Assembly: GCA_964016885.1 (NCBI GenBank)
Contig: OZ024742.1
Span: 249,736,001-249,800,000, forward strand
Direction of reading: 5' to 3'
Length of the DNA: 64,000 bases
Origin: Eledone cirrhosa
Taxonomy: Eukaryota
Within the stretch, counting starts at the first letter, position 1; each line of letters opens with the position of its first letter. Of this stretch, positions 38,415 to 49,354 are shown piece by piece. Position numbers and translations under genes: made by a program. The notes under the pieces were generated by a model. The model searched no databases, was not told the origin of the DNA, and was given only the letters and a program-made list of their open reading frames with translations.

Positions 38415-39871
38415 TAATACGACTTCAACAATATTTAGAGAACATGATGACTTTTGAGATCCCGTGTTTAGCTGCCATATTGCTTCCATGTGTTTGCCTC
38501 CATGTTGGATGTTGAAATATGATGTTGCCTGTGGTAAGAACTCACAGAACTATCAGGTTAACATGCCCGCCTTATCACTCCACCTCTAATTCACAAGTTG
38601 TTGAGCTTTTTATTTTTTCTTCTTTATTTAACTGAAACCCGCTCTAGGCTTTAAGTGGATGAAAGCATAAACAAGGACGCAGAAGAATCACTGAAATAGT
38701 TCTCTTGCTAAGTATGTTTCCACCGAATTGAAATAATTAGTCTAAATATAGCAATAACATCGTTAGCTATGATAACCTGCTGGTTTATATTCGATAACTG
38801 GATTAGTTATCTGCCAAGTTAATATAACATAAATTACAATCTTAGTAGTTCTCAGTAACTTTACACTGAATCGCAATGTGGAAAACCTAGGATTCCTGTG
38901 TGTAATTATAAAATTGGTTGCTGCCTCTGGGGTGCTTTATGAGAAAATAACTCTGTTAAACTTCAGGGAACATTATCTGAACAAAGAAACATTATTGGCG
39001 ACGATAACAGAAATGTGCTGTTTATAAAAGCCATACGTGCATGGTGTGCAGTTTCAGTTTTCTAGAGGGTGCATGCTTGTTACTGTCATTGGTGTGGATT
39101 TGTATATAGCCTATACCCTGCATAGCTCTAGTTGGTGTTCGATGAAATTATATTTTAGAGATTTCTTGGGAGTATTAATAAGACTTCCAGTCATATCATA
39201 TCACTATGATTCCGGTGACAAGTGATAGGATGTGAAGTCAGAACACACACAAATGAAATGTATACTGCACTATACAATAATAATTCTGCTATTCCACTTC
39301 GCTCAGTTTATATCTTGAGTTAAAGGCAGGCAAATTTGAGTGTTGTGGGATTTGACCACAGTGCGCAGACAGTCGGAACAGATACTGAAAGGCGTTTAAT
39401 CCGATGTTCTAACGAGTCTACCTATTAGCTGCCTGTATAAACCTGTTACACAAATGTTGAATATGCTGAAGAGATGCAAGGTTTATATAACATATTGACG
39501 CTTGCGAAATCGTATGATGAAAGACATTATGAAACCTCCTGGTTTTCATTTTAGTCTTACATCTTATCTTCGGCAAGTCCCTACTACCATAGATTTAGAT
39601 TAACCAATGAATGTTGATCGTAATTTAGTTGGCGGAGACTAAAGGGTGTCAAGTACATGATGGATCTTTTAAAGCAAGAGATTGATAAAATCGACTATGT
39701 AAGAAAAGAAATGAGCCACCGGCGGGTTTCCACACATATTCCAAGACCAAGGTTTTGGTGACATCCAGATAGCTGCACACAAAACAACTGTGTTCCAGCC
39801 CTTTAGCACAAAATCTGTACATTATCCACACCTACGCTCCAGAAGAGAATTATATATATGTATATATATAT

Positions 39872-40608
39872 ATATTGTTATACTTGGGGAGGGTCATATT
39901 TGTGTAATATTGCCAGAATTAATAGCAGAACACACTCACTGTTTGGTTGGTTTCGCTTTTCGCTTCTGTGTCTTTTTATCGGGAATCTAATTTATTCGGT
40001 CCTCAATGTTGCCATTGACTGACCGACGGTCAAAAATAATACAGATACAATATAGACACAAACACATATATATAGTTTATCAAAGCACAATAACAACAAA
40101 CACATATAAACACACACTAGTAAAGATAGAATACATTAACCAATACACAGTCACCCAATCTCGAACACACATCAAACAAAACACTATACACACACGCAAA
40201 CGCATGCGCAAAGAAGACAAAATAAAATAAACAAATAAATAAATATATAAACAGACTAAATAAAGATGGCGTAGAAAATACAATGCAACGGGAGGAAACA
40301 ATAGCACCACTGACGTTGTTGCAGATGTGCAAGGAAAGAACTTTGATAAACTATATATATGTGTTTGTGTCTATATTGTATCTGTATTTTTTTTTACCGT
40401 TGGTCAGTCAATGGCAACATTGAGGACCGAATAAATTAGATTACCGATATAAAAGACACAGAAGCGAAAAGCGAAAACCAACCAAACAGTGAGTGTGTTC
40501 TGTTATTAATTCTGGCAATATTACACAAATATGACCCTCCCCAAGTACAACAATATTTGTGTCGACACACGATTTCATATAAAAAACCTCGCAAAACTAA
40601 TTCATCGC

Positions 40609-40612
<4 letters not shown>
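39872..40612. repeat. (TA)n-inserted element with ~210-bp inverted arms
   Basis: 39872-40085 is the inverse of 40341-40554. Confidence 0.75.
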
Positions 40613-40657
<45 letters not shown>

Positions 40658-41191
40658 TGTGTGTTTGTATTTGCGTTATACATATACACATATTGATTGA
40701 TATGTATATAAGTATACATATACATATCTATAAAAATATATATAAATAGATCGATAGACAGAGAGGGAATGTTACCTAGAGAGATAGAGAGAGTGAGAAA
40801 GAAAGAGAGTGAGAGAGAGAGAGAGAGAGAGAAAGAGATAGAGAGAGAAAGAGAGAGTGGGGGGAAGTAGATGTGTGTCACATGCAGTGTGAGATGTTTT
40901 ATTTTGTTTATTCTTTTGGAAACAGCTTCGTTTAAGATCATCAACAACCACTTCGATTATTTGCCGGACATTGTGACGTTGACAAACAAGTTTCCATTTG
41001 ATGGTTACATGTATTCTAAACAGATACATACAAATAGACACATATGCAAATCTATATATATATATATATATTTGTGTTTGTGAGTGTTTGCGTGTGTGTG
41101 TGCATGTTCACATATATATATATATTTATATTATATATTTATATGTGTGTGTGTGTGTGAGCGCGTGTGTGTGTGCATATTCACATTTATG

Positions 41192-41234
<43 letters not shown>

Positions 41235-41350
41235 GAGTGTGTGTTTGTGTGTGTACGCATACTCACATGTATGTATATATATATATTTTTTTTTTTATGT
41301 GTATTTGTGTGTATGTGTGTATGTGTGTGCGCACGCGCTCACGCTCACAC

Positions 41351-41405
<55 letters not shown>

Positions 41406-41453
41406 TAGGTAGATAGATATACACACACGCAAATACACATACACACATACACG

Positions 41454-41514
<61 letters not shown>

Positions 41515-41775
41515 AAAAGATTGAAACGAAATTTTATTTCTCATTCTTAGTACGGCTGATACCTAAATATAAGTATGTATACGTTCATACATATATGTGT
41601 ACTACGCACAGTAGTATGTATATATATACATACGTGCACATATATATATATATGTACGTATGGGTTTACCGAACATGTATTATAATCCTCGGTTTGTTTG
41701 TAAACAAACAGCCCGAATTACGCCGTACAGTGCTTGGCAACCATCGTCGCCCTTTTGTTCAACACTGACACAGGA

Positions 41776-41818
41776 ACGATGTACTAATTTCAATCTCAAT
41801 AGCTATCGTCAGCATCGT
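41776..41818 (-). ncRNA. Minimal type I hammerhead (mutated stems)
   Basis: acgatg-CTGACGA-tagctattgagatt-GAAA-ttag-TA-catcgt. Confidence 0.65.
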
Positions 41819-41948
41819 ATACCTTTCTCTCGTTTTCGGTGTGCCCGGCCGACTAACTCACTCGATATGCAATTTAGGCTGCTCAGCCGTTAATATGCAT
41901 AAGGAAAGTATATACTTTCGAACGTTCAATCATATGACAGAAAGGTAT

Positions 41949-41991
41949 ACGATGCTGACGATAGTTAATAAGCTTGAAACTAGTACATTAT
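41949..41991 (+). ncRNA. Minimal type I hammerhead
   Basis: acgatg-CTGACGA-tagttaataagctt-GAAA-ctag-TA-cattat. Confidence 0.7.
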
Positions 41992-42382
41992 TCCTGTGTC
42001 AGTGTTGAACAAAGAGGCCACGATGGTTGCTGAGCACTGTATGGCGTAATTTGGGCTGTTTGTTTACAAACAAAACGAGCATTATAATAAATGTTCGGTA
42101 AACCCATACGTGCATAGATATTTATGTGTGCATGTATGTATATATATACATACTACTGTGCGTCTGTATACATATATGTATGTACGTATACATACTTATA
42201 TTTAGGTATCAGCCACCGTACTAAGAGTGAGAAATGAAATTTCGTTTCATTATTTTCCATTTATCGTTTTCGGTGTTCCCGGTCGACTAACTCACTCGAT
42301 ATGCAAATTAGGCTGCTCAGCCGTTAATATGCATCAGGAAAGTATATACTTTCAAACGTTCAATCATCTGACAGAAAGGTAT

Positions 42383-42425
42383 ACGATGATGACGATAGCT
42401 AATAAGCTTGAAACTAGTACATCGT
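42383..42425 (+). ncRNA. Minimal type I hammerhead with C3A core mutation
   Basis: acgatg-ATGACGA-tagctaataagctt-GAAA-ctag-TA-catcgt. Confidence 0.6.
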
Positions 42426-42700
42426 TCCTGTGTCAGTGTTGAACAAAAGGGCAACGATGGTTGCCGAGAACTGTACAGCGTAATTCGGGCGGTTTGTTTA
42501 CAAACATACTGAGGATTATAATAAATGTTCGGTAAATCCATACGTACATATATATATATATGTATGCATGTATGTATATATATACATACTACTGTGCGTC
42601 TGTACACATATATGTATTTAAGTATACATACTTATATATATATATATATAATGGAAAAATTTGAACAGGGACAAAACAGAGAGGCAGTACAACGAATGTT

Positions 42701-42750
<50 letters not shown>

Positions 42751-43035
42751 CATAAGAAAGTAGGTTTTTTATTAAATGTCGCACACGGGTAAAAAAATAT
42801 AGTGAAAAGAATTTGAAAATGCAACTGGAGTCTTTTAAGAATATTTATTTAGTTTCCAGATTTCACAGTTCTACGATTATCAAAAGTAAATTTGAGATGG
42901 AGGGTTTGCGTATCTGCTGTGGTGTTTTTCGAAAAGCTCAGATTACATGTATTGTATGCAGCAATGTAGAGCGAGAATTTTCTTTTTTATTTGAATTTGG
43001 CAAAGCCGGTCATTTATCGCTCGTTTACAGGAAAC

Positions 43036-43130
43036 TGACTGGCCAGTCTGCTGATATGTAAATCTGACTGATCAGTGGATCTTCTAATATGTAAATCTGA
43101 CTGAGCAACCAGTCTGCTAATATGCAAATC
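43036..43130. repeat. Degenerate minisatellite, about three units of 30-33 bp
   Basis: CTGACTG...TCTGCT(G/A)ATATG(T/C)AAAT repeated three times. Confidence 0.6.
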
Positions 43131-43208
43131 AGGTCGATCAGTCAATGTGTATTTTTGAAAATAACATATATTTTCACTAGCTCTGACAGTTTGGCACGTG
43201 AACGGTGA

Positions 43209-43254
43209 GCTGTACTGATGAAGGGTGATACCCAGAAACATTAGTGTCTGCAGT
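43209..43254 (+). ncRNA. Minimal type I hammerhead
   Basis: gctgta-CTGATGA-agggtgataccca-GAAA-cattagtg-TC-tgcagt. Confidence 0.75.
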
Positions 43255-43349
43255 TCTGTTTACATCCCAACACAAGAGCAAGAATGAAGAGTTCATTCTA
43301 CTGACATGGCTATAAATTGGCATAATTGCAAACGAATCGAATGTTATTA

Positions 43350-43540
43350 TTAGGTGGAATGGCAGTATCGGTAGAGGGTCAGACCCCATGCTTTCCAGCA
43401 TAGTTACGTCCCTTTGCGGTCTGAGTTCAAATCCCACCGAGGTTAACTTTGACTTTCCTCCTTACGGGGTCGATAAAATAAAGTACCAGTAATGTACTGG
43501 TGGTTGATGGCCTTGTGCCAAAAGTAGAAACAATTATTAA
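43350..43540 (+). mobile_element. Meta-domain-like tRNA SINE
   Basis: Same family as 10415-10600. Confidence 0.85.
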
Positions 43541-43675
43541 TATTCGAAAAACTCAGATTACATCTATTATATATATATACAGGAAAAGAGTCATTATTAC
43601 CCACTCTACCACCCTAAATATCGAGTACGCTGGTGCGTTATGGTGCACCTGTTATCTTACCATACTTTCTTTGTC

Positions 43676-43718
<43 letters not shown>

Positions 43719-44039
43719 CCATTTACGTTATGTTGTTTTCCAATGGGTAGAGCTGGTGATTCCGGTTAGTAAACGATGATGCAATAAATTAAAGCACTCG
43801 ACCTTTTTCTTAGAAAATCATGCAAAGTACTTTGAAGACGGTCAAATGTGGGCAGCTGTCGTTAAGGATGATCGGACACTATGTGGATTCTCTCGTCACG
43901 AACGGCAAATGAGGGTTCAGCAAGGATTTGTTTTTTTAATAGAAAAAAATAGTGCATGTAGATTCCTTGAATGCACATACGATTCTTGAGGCCGGCAGCT
44001 ATCATGCAGAACTTTTCAACGGGTGAAGAATGTCACAGA

Positions 44040-45110
44040 CTTAGTCTACCCGAGAGTCTGAGGATCATCCACCACATGCTTCCTCGAGTGGACTGCTCCA
44101 TGCGATAAAACCACAGTGGCAAGTAAGTTTATCATTTTGATGATCTGCATGCTGCCAGCACGCATTGATATTAGCACGGAGTTGGTCACAATGTTCAAGT
44201 CGACTCTGCTTAAACATTTGAATAGATGAAAAGCATCACTGGTGCCAGCTCTTGTGTTCTGGTGCTTTTATGTCCCACGAAGAGAAGATGTTGCAGCGTT
44301 TCAGATTATCTTTGAGTTTGTCGTTTGTCTTTGAAGCACAACAGTGGTCTTCGAATAGGCTTGCCTGTCGTAAACTGACAAACAAAAGCTGTCTAGGAAG
44401 TCTGCTATAGCTCATACCAGACAGATACTCTGCCAACATAATCTGGATGTTCATGAGGATAGCTTCAATGTTTGACATGTTTTATTTAGTCAGCACATCA
44501 TTGTTTCTAATGTGATGGGTTAGTTTTAAGTTGCAGATGGTACGCGAGCCTCTTATGTAAAAAGCAGAGGCCATCTGTGGTGCCAAAGAGTAGCGATGTC
44601 AGTACTACCGACCTGTACACATCAATTTTCACCTCTAATGAGATATTATCGTGCGTGTTCAAAATCCTGTGGTAAAGCCTACTGAAGGTAGAGCTTGCCT
44701 TCCCAATCCTGCGCACTATTTCCTGCTTTGCATCATTGGATACAATGTTGCCAAGATAGGTGAAGGAGGAAACAGTTTTCAAATCTTTTCCATCGACATA
44801 AGCAGTAGGGACAACAGTGAGAGGATGGTCATGGGAAGGCTGGCGGACAAGCTCCATTTTTGTTTTATACTGATTGTCAAACCAAAATATTTAGACGCGA
44901 GAGAAGTTCTCAGCGACCCACTTCATTTCCTTAAGGTTGTGGGCCACAAGTGCACAGTCGTCTGCAAAGAGCAGATTATGAGCAGATTGCATTATGGTGT
45001 CATTTCCTGCTTTGAAGCGTTGTTGTTTGAACAAGCCACCACTTGTTCTATATTCAAACCCCACTTCATCTTTGACATTTCCAAAAGCTGTTTCCATATA
45101 TTTCAATTCC
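44040..45110 (-). mobile_element. Decayed RTE-clade LINE fragment
   Basis: YRTSGGLF..LLFADDCALVAH; FTYLG..RRIGKASSTFSRL; SRLPRQLLF. Confidence 0.85.
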
Positions 45111-45619
45111 TCTTTCCACGTTTATCATTACAAACTTTCGATTCGAATCCACGTTCCGATCCTGACCTGCCACGGAAACCAACACCACACAGGAACATAC
45201 ACACTCATAGATATGTACAACATTCCCACACACACGTAAGGACACACGTACTCACTAACCCACAACACTAACCCACAACGCTCATAAACATTACAATTCA
45301 CGTGCTTTTACTTAACATTTAACACACGTTCACACACACTCGCTTCTTTTCAAACACACATACATCCCCCCACACTTTACTCTCTGCCGTCTCTTCCTAG
45401 ACTCTGAATACTTTTGAAGCCCCCTCAACTCTCTGCTCCCTTTCCCCTTCAAGCCATCCATTCTCGTATACCACATTCTTCAACCTGGAACTATACCCCG
45501 TATCTAAACATTCCTAATGAATTAGTTCTGTCGGACACGTTGAAACCTTCTCTTTTTCCATAAAGCATGAATCTAATATAACTGTGTACAGTTGCCTTCT
45601 GTTTTGTTCGTTCCTTGTC

Positions 45620-45695
<76 letters not shown>

Positions 45696-45749
45696 ATGAA
45701 ATATCGAAGTGAGGTTTCCTTCTATTGGTCATTCGATAGGAGGTATATA

Positions 45750-45960
45750 ATCATCATCATCGTCACAACAATTGATCTCCACCTGAGTCAGTCGTTCATT
45801 GCCGTTGCCAAGTCCCGGATTTCAATACCAGAGTCTCTGGAGATGACATAGGGGTAGTAGAGATTGCGCCCCCTGTTATTAGTGACTGCTTGTGTTTTCC
45901 AAAGCACTAATGAGGACACAGTCTCGTAGATGGCACGATGGCAGTGGGCAGCAAATCTTA
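45750..45960 (-). mobile_element. 3' end of an RTE-like LINE with (GAT)n tail
   Basis: Minus frame YVISRDSGIEIRDLATAMND*LRWRSIV followed by gatgatgatgat. Confidence 0.5.
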
Positions 45961-46537
45961 CTCCGGAAGTATATATCAGTGTCTGATAAAGGAGAAAAAC
46001 GGAAAGAATTTATGATGTGTTAGTGGTGACGATCGTGGGCAATTATCTTTCATACCTGAAAGAAAAGATGGTTTGTTTTTTGAAAATACTTGCATAAACA
46101 TTGTGGCATGAACGTACAAACAGAAATTACTTCCTGTTCTTTTCCTCGTTTATGAAATGGTAATAATCGACTCTATCGAATGCATTAAATTTAAATATAT
46201 TTCTGATTTCAATGCAGTTGACACAGCTGTTGACAATTTTAGTGTTGTTCACAAAGCTGTTATTCGCAAATCATTTTGTAACAGTTTTTATTTCATGTCA
46301 GTTGTATTACGTTTGCGAAATAAGTTTTGCCAGGATAAGCAAACCTACTTTTAGCTGAAGTTTCCAAAGTTTTCGGTGGGACCTAAGTTTTAGAAATTTT
46401 AGGGTTTGCGGAGTAATGTATTTTAGTTTGTTGCGAATGTATATATCTTAACTCTAATAAAGTAAGGAGTGCGGGACTGCGTACGGTTTATTTCTTTTAA
46501 TCCAGTTAGTAAAATAAGTTGGATTACTTTGAATAAA

Positions 46538-46689
46538 TAATTGTTTCTACTTTAGGCACAAGGCCAGCAATTACCCGGTGCATTACTGGTACTTTATTTT
46601 ATCGACCCCGTAAGGATGAAAGGCAAAGTCAACCTCGGCGGGATTTGAACTCAGATCGTAAAGGGACGTAACTATCTGAGTTCAAATCC
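46538..46689 (-). mobile_element. 5'-truncated Meta-domain-like SINE with a small 5' inversion
   Basis: Target-site duplication CTTTGAATAAATAAT; ATCTGAGTTCAAATCC at 46674-46689 is the inverse of 46641-46656. Confidence 0.8.
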
Positions 46690-47399
46690 TTTGAATAAAT
46701 AATGAATGAATATTACATAATCTATGTACTAAATTTCGTAATTTTTTATTAAATTTATTATAATTTTATTGCTTATTTAAAATTGACTTCTTTTCAAAGT
46801 TTCAACTTTATACACTTCCGGTATATCGTCGCCACCACCACCACTTCAACTACCATATATATAGAAATAGAGAGTGTGTAATCAGAGAGATACAGATTAT
46901 GATTTTTTACACGACGCTGACGCGTATGTGTGGGTATGTGCACTTTAATACATCTATATGTATGCGTATATAACTATAATCGCGCAAACGCAAACTTATA
47001 ATAATACACGCTCACGGACATACATTCACACAAATACACATACTTTCACACATATACATTTATACAAACACACATTCACACAAATACATTTATACAAACA
47101 CACACATACAGTCATGATAGCAACGTTCGATGAATTGGAAATGGGAGAGGAAAACAAGTATAATGTTTTATTTATTATTAAAAACACAGTTTAACTCTTT
47201 TTTTAGAAAAACACATTTGTATAAAAATTTAATATAATGCTTACAGAACGAAGACACTAACAAATATAATATATACAAAGGAAAAGAAAAGGAAAGAAGA
47301 AATAGAAAAAATACACAGGCACGTAATACACACATCTTAGACCACATAGAACAAAATGCAGGCGAAAGAGTGGAAAAAGAGCCGCTACCAGGGCAAAAG

Positions 47400-47870
47400 A
47401 TAGCAATATAGCGAGGCACTGGGAAAACTCTCAAATTAATTTTGAGGCAAGCTAGCATGCTTGCAGCGTTACCTGGGGTGATGTCGAGGCTGATGTGCTG
47501 GAACAACCAAGTGCCCTCACGACCATCACCAGTTTCCTCTCTTTGGCGAGCCGCCAATGAAGATGAGAACCTCGCTGTCAGTAGCCCGATTACCCAAAAC
47601 GTCTCGAAAGCCACAAGCTGGATCATGTAGTTAGCTGACAGAACACGGTATTTTAGGATTTTGTTCCGTTCAGCTGCGGATGCTGTAACTCTCGCCCTTA
47701 CCGCTGCATCCAGAATGTGTGAAGAAGCAAAAGAGTCACTAACTGTGACGTCCCAGGTAAGGCACCTGCCTCTTGACCAGGAACACAGAGTAAGAACGTC
47801 ATGTGTTTTCCCATCAATTCTGGATAACCCAGGCAGTTCCAAAATTGAGAGGATGTTTTCCCGGGCCAAA
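47400..47870 (-). mobile_element. CRE-like non-LTR retrotransposon endonuclease fragment
   Basis: LPGLSRIDGKTHDVLTLCSWSRGRCLTWDVTVSDS..AAERNKILKY..VAFETFW..LFQHISL..GNAASM. Confidence 0.75.
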
Positions 47871-48059
47871 GCTCTTGAGTGGTAATAGGACAGTGTGTGT
47901 ATGTGCGCGCGCGTGATTTTGTCGGCGTTCTTAAATTAGAGACATATGTGTATGTGTGTGTGTGACACTGTTTTTAAGTTAGAGACATATATGCGTGTAT
48001 CCATTTCCTTCGTTTTACACACACATAAATTCACACAAACACACATACATATTGTGTGA

Positions 48060-48740
48060 TGGACGGGTGGACAGAAGTCCTTCAAATTTATATATATGTG
48101 AATGGAGTTCTACTGAAGCAGTTAGAGAAGTTTAAGTATCTTGGAGCCGTATTCATGAGTGATGGAATGCAGGAGGCTGAATTAAGTGCAAGAAAGGCTG
48201 ACGCAATAAGGCGCCAGCCTCAGCATTCAGCAATCATAAGAAGGGGGTAGGTGTAAAAGCCAAACTCTCTGTCTTCCTGGTATTCCTGCCAACTCTTACC
48301 GAGGATCAGGAATCTTGAGTAATGACCAAAAGAATACAATTTGAAATGAAAGCGGCAGAAATGGGATTCCTCCGAAGGATCTTTGGAGTAACGTTACTCG
48401 ATAAAGTGCATAGCTCAGAGATCAGAGAGTCACTCCTGGTAGAGCCGCTATTTCTCCGAATTGAGAGATCACAACTCCGATATTATGAGCATGTGGTTAG
48501 AGTGTCTCAGTAAAGAATCGCTGGACACATTTTACAGGCAAAACCAACCGGCAAGAGACCCAGAGGTAGACCCTGAGCAAGATAGTTGGATAACATCCAT
48601 GAGCTTGGCTGGTCACGCTTTGGGATCCAGCTGGATCAGTTAGAGATGTTTGCTTCTGACAGACTCACTGGAAGGAGTGTTTGAAAAGGACTCTGCCCCC
48701 CACGACCCTCTTAGAAATAAGTGGGCGAAGAAGAAGATAT
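48060..48740 (+). mobile_element. Decayed RTE-like LINE 3' fragment
   Basis: EKFKYLG; AAEMGFLRRIFGVTLLDKVHSSEIRESL..IERSQLRYY.HV.R; (GAA)n tail. Confidence 0.8.
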
Positions 48741-49065
48741 TGTCAATTTACTTTTGAATTTACATATATCTATATGCATATAAATGGAATAGATTGAAAC
48801 GAAATTACATTTCTCACTCTTAGTACGGCACTTACTTAAATGTAAGTATATATGTATGTATACGTACATACATATATGTATACAGACGTACAGTAGTGTG
48901 TCTATATATACATACATGCACACATATATATATATGCACGTATAGGTTTACCGAACATTTATTATAATGCTCGGTTTGTCCGCTTTTAAACAAACAAACA
49001 GCCCGAATTACGCCGTACAGTTTTTAGGCAACCACGTCACCTTTTTGTTCACCACTGACACAGGA

Positions 49066-49108
49066 ACGATGTACTAGTTTCAAGCTTATTAGCTATCGTC
49101 AGCATCGT
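49066..49108 (-). ncRNA. Minimal type I hammerhead with intact core, in a copy (48785-49205) of the 434-bp family
   Basis: acgatg-CTGACGA-tagctaataagctt-GAAA-ctag-TA-catcgt. Confidence 0.8.
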
Positions 49109-49354
49109 ATACCTTCCTGCCAGATGGTTGAACGTCTGAAAGTATATACTTTCCTTATGCATATTAACGGCTGAGCGTCCTAATTTGCATATCGAGTGAG
49201 TTACTAGCAGAAAACCGTTGGCGGGCTATTTTCTGCTAGCATATGTAGTGTGCATATTGGTATTATACGCAAATATATATGCATATATATTTGCGTATAT
49301 AGTAACTCACTCGATATATGCTAGTATTTATAATGGTAGATAGTTAGATGGATA

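Larger units (their letters stand above)
41511..42635 (+). mobile_element. Non-coding hammerhead element: one inverted arm plus two tandem 434-bp units
   Basis: 41511-41826 inverse copy; direct copies 41831-42260 and 42264-42635; further copies at 48785-49205 and 63125-63320. Confidence 0.85.

Noticed and set aside
43036-43130. CRISPR-like short repeats
   Set aside because: Degenerate tandem units without unique spacers, no cas genes, eukaryotic context
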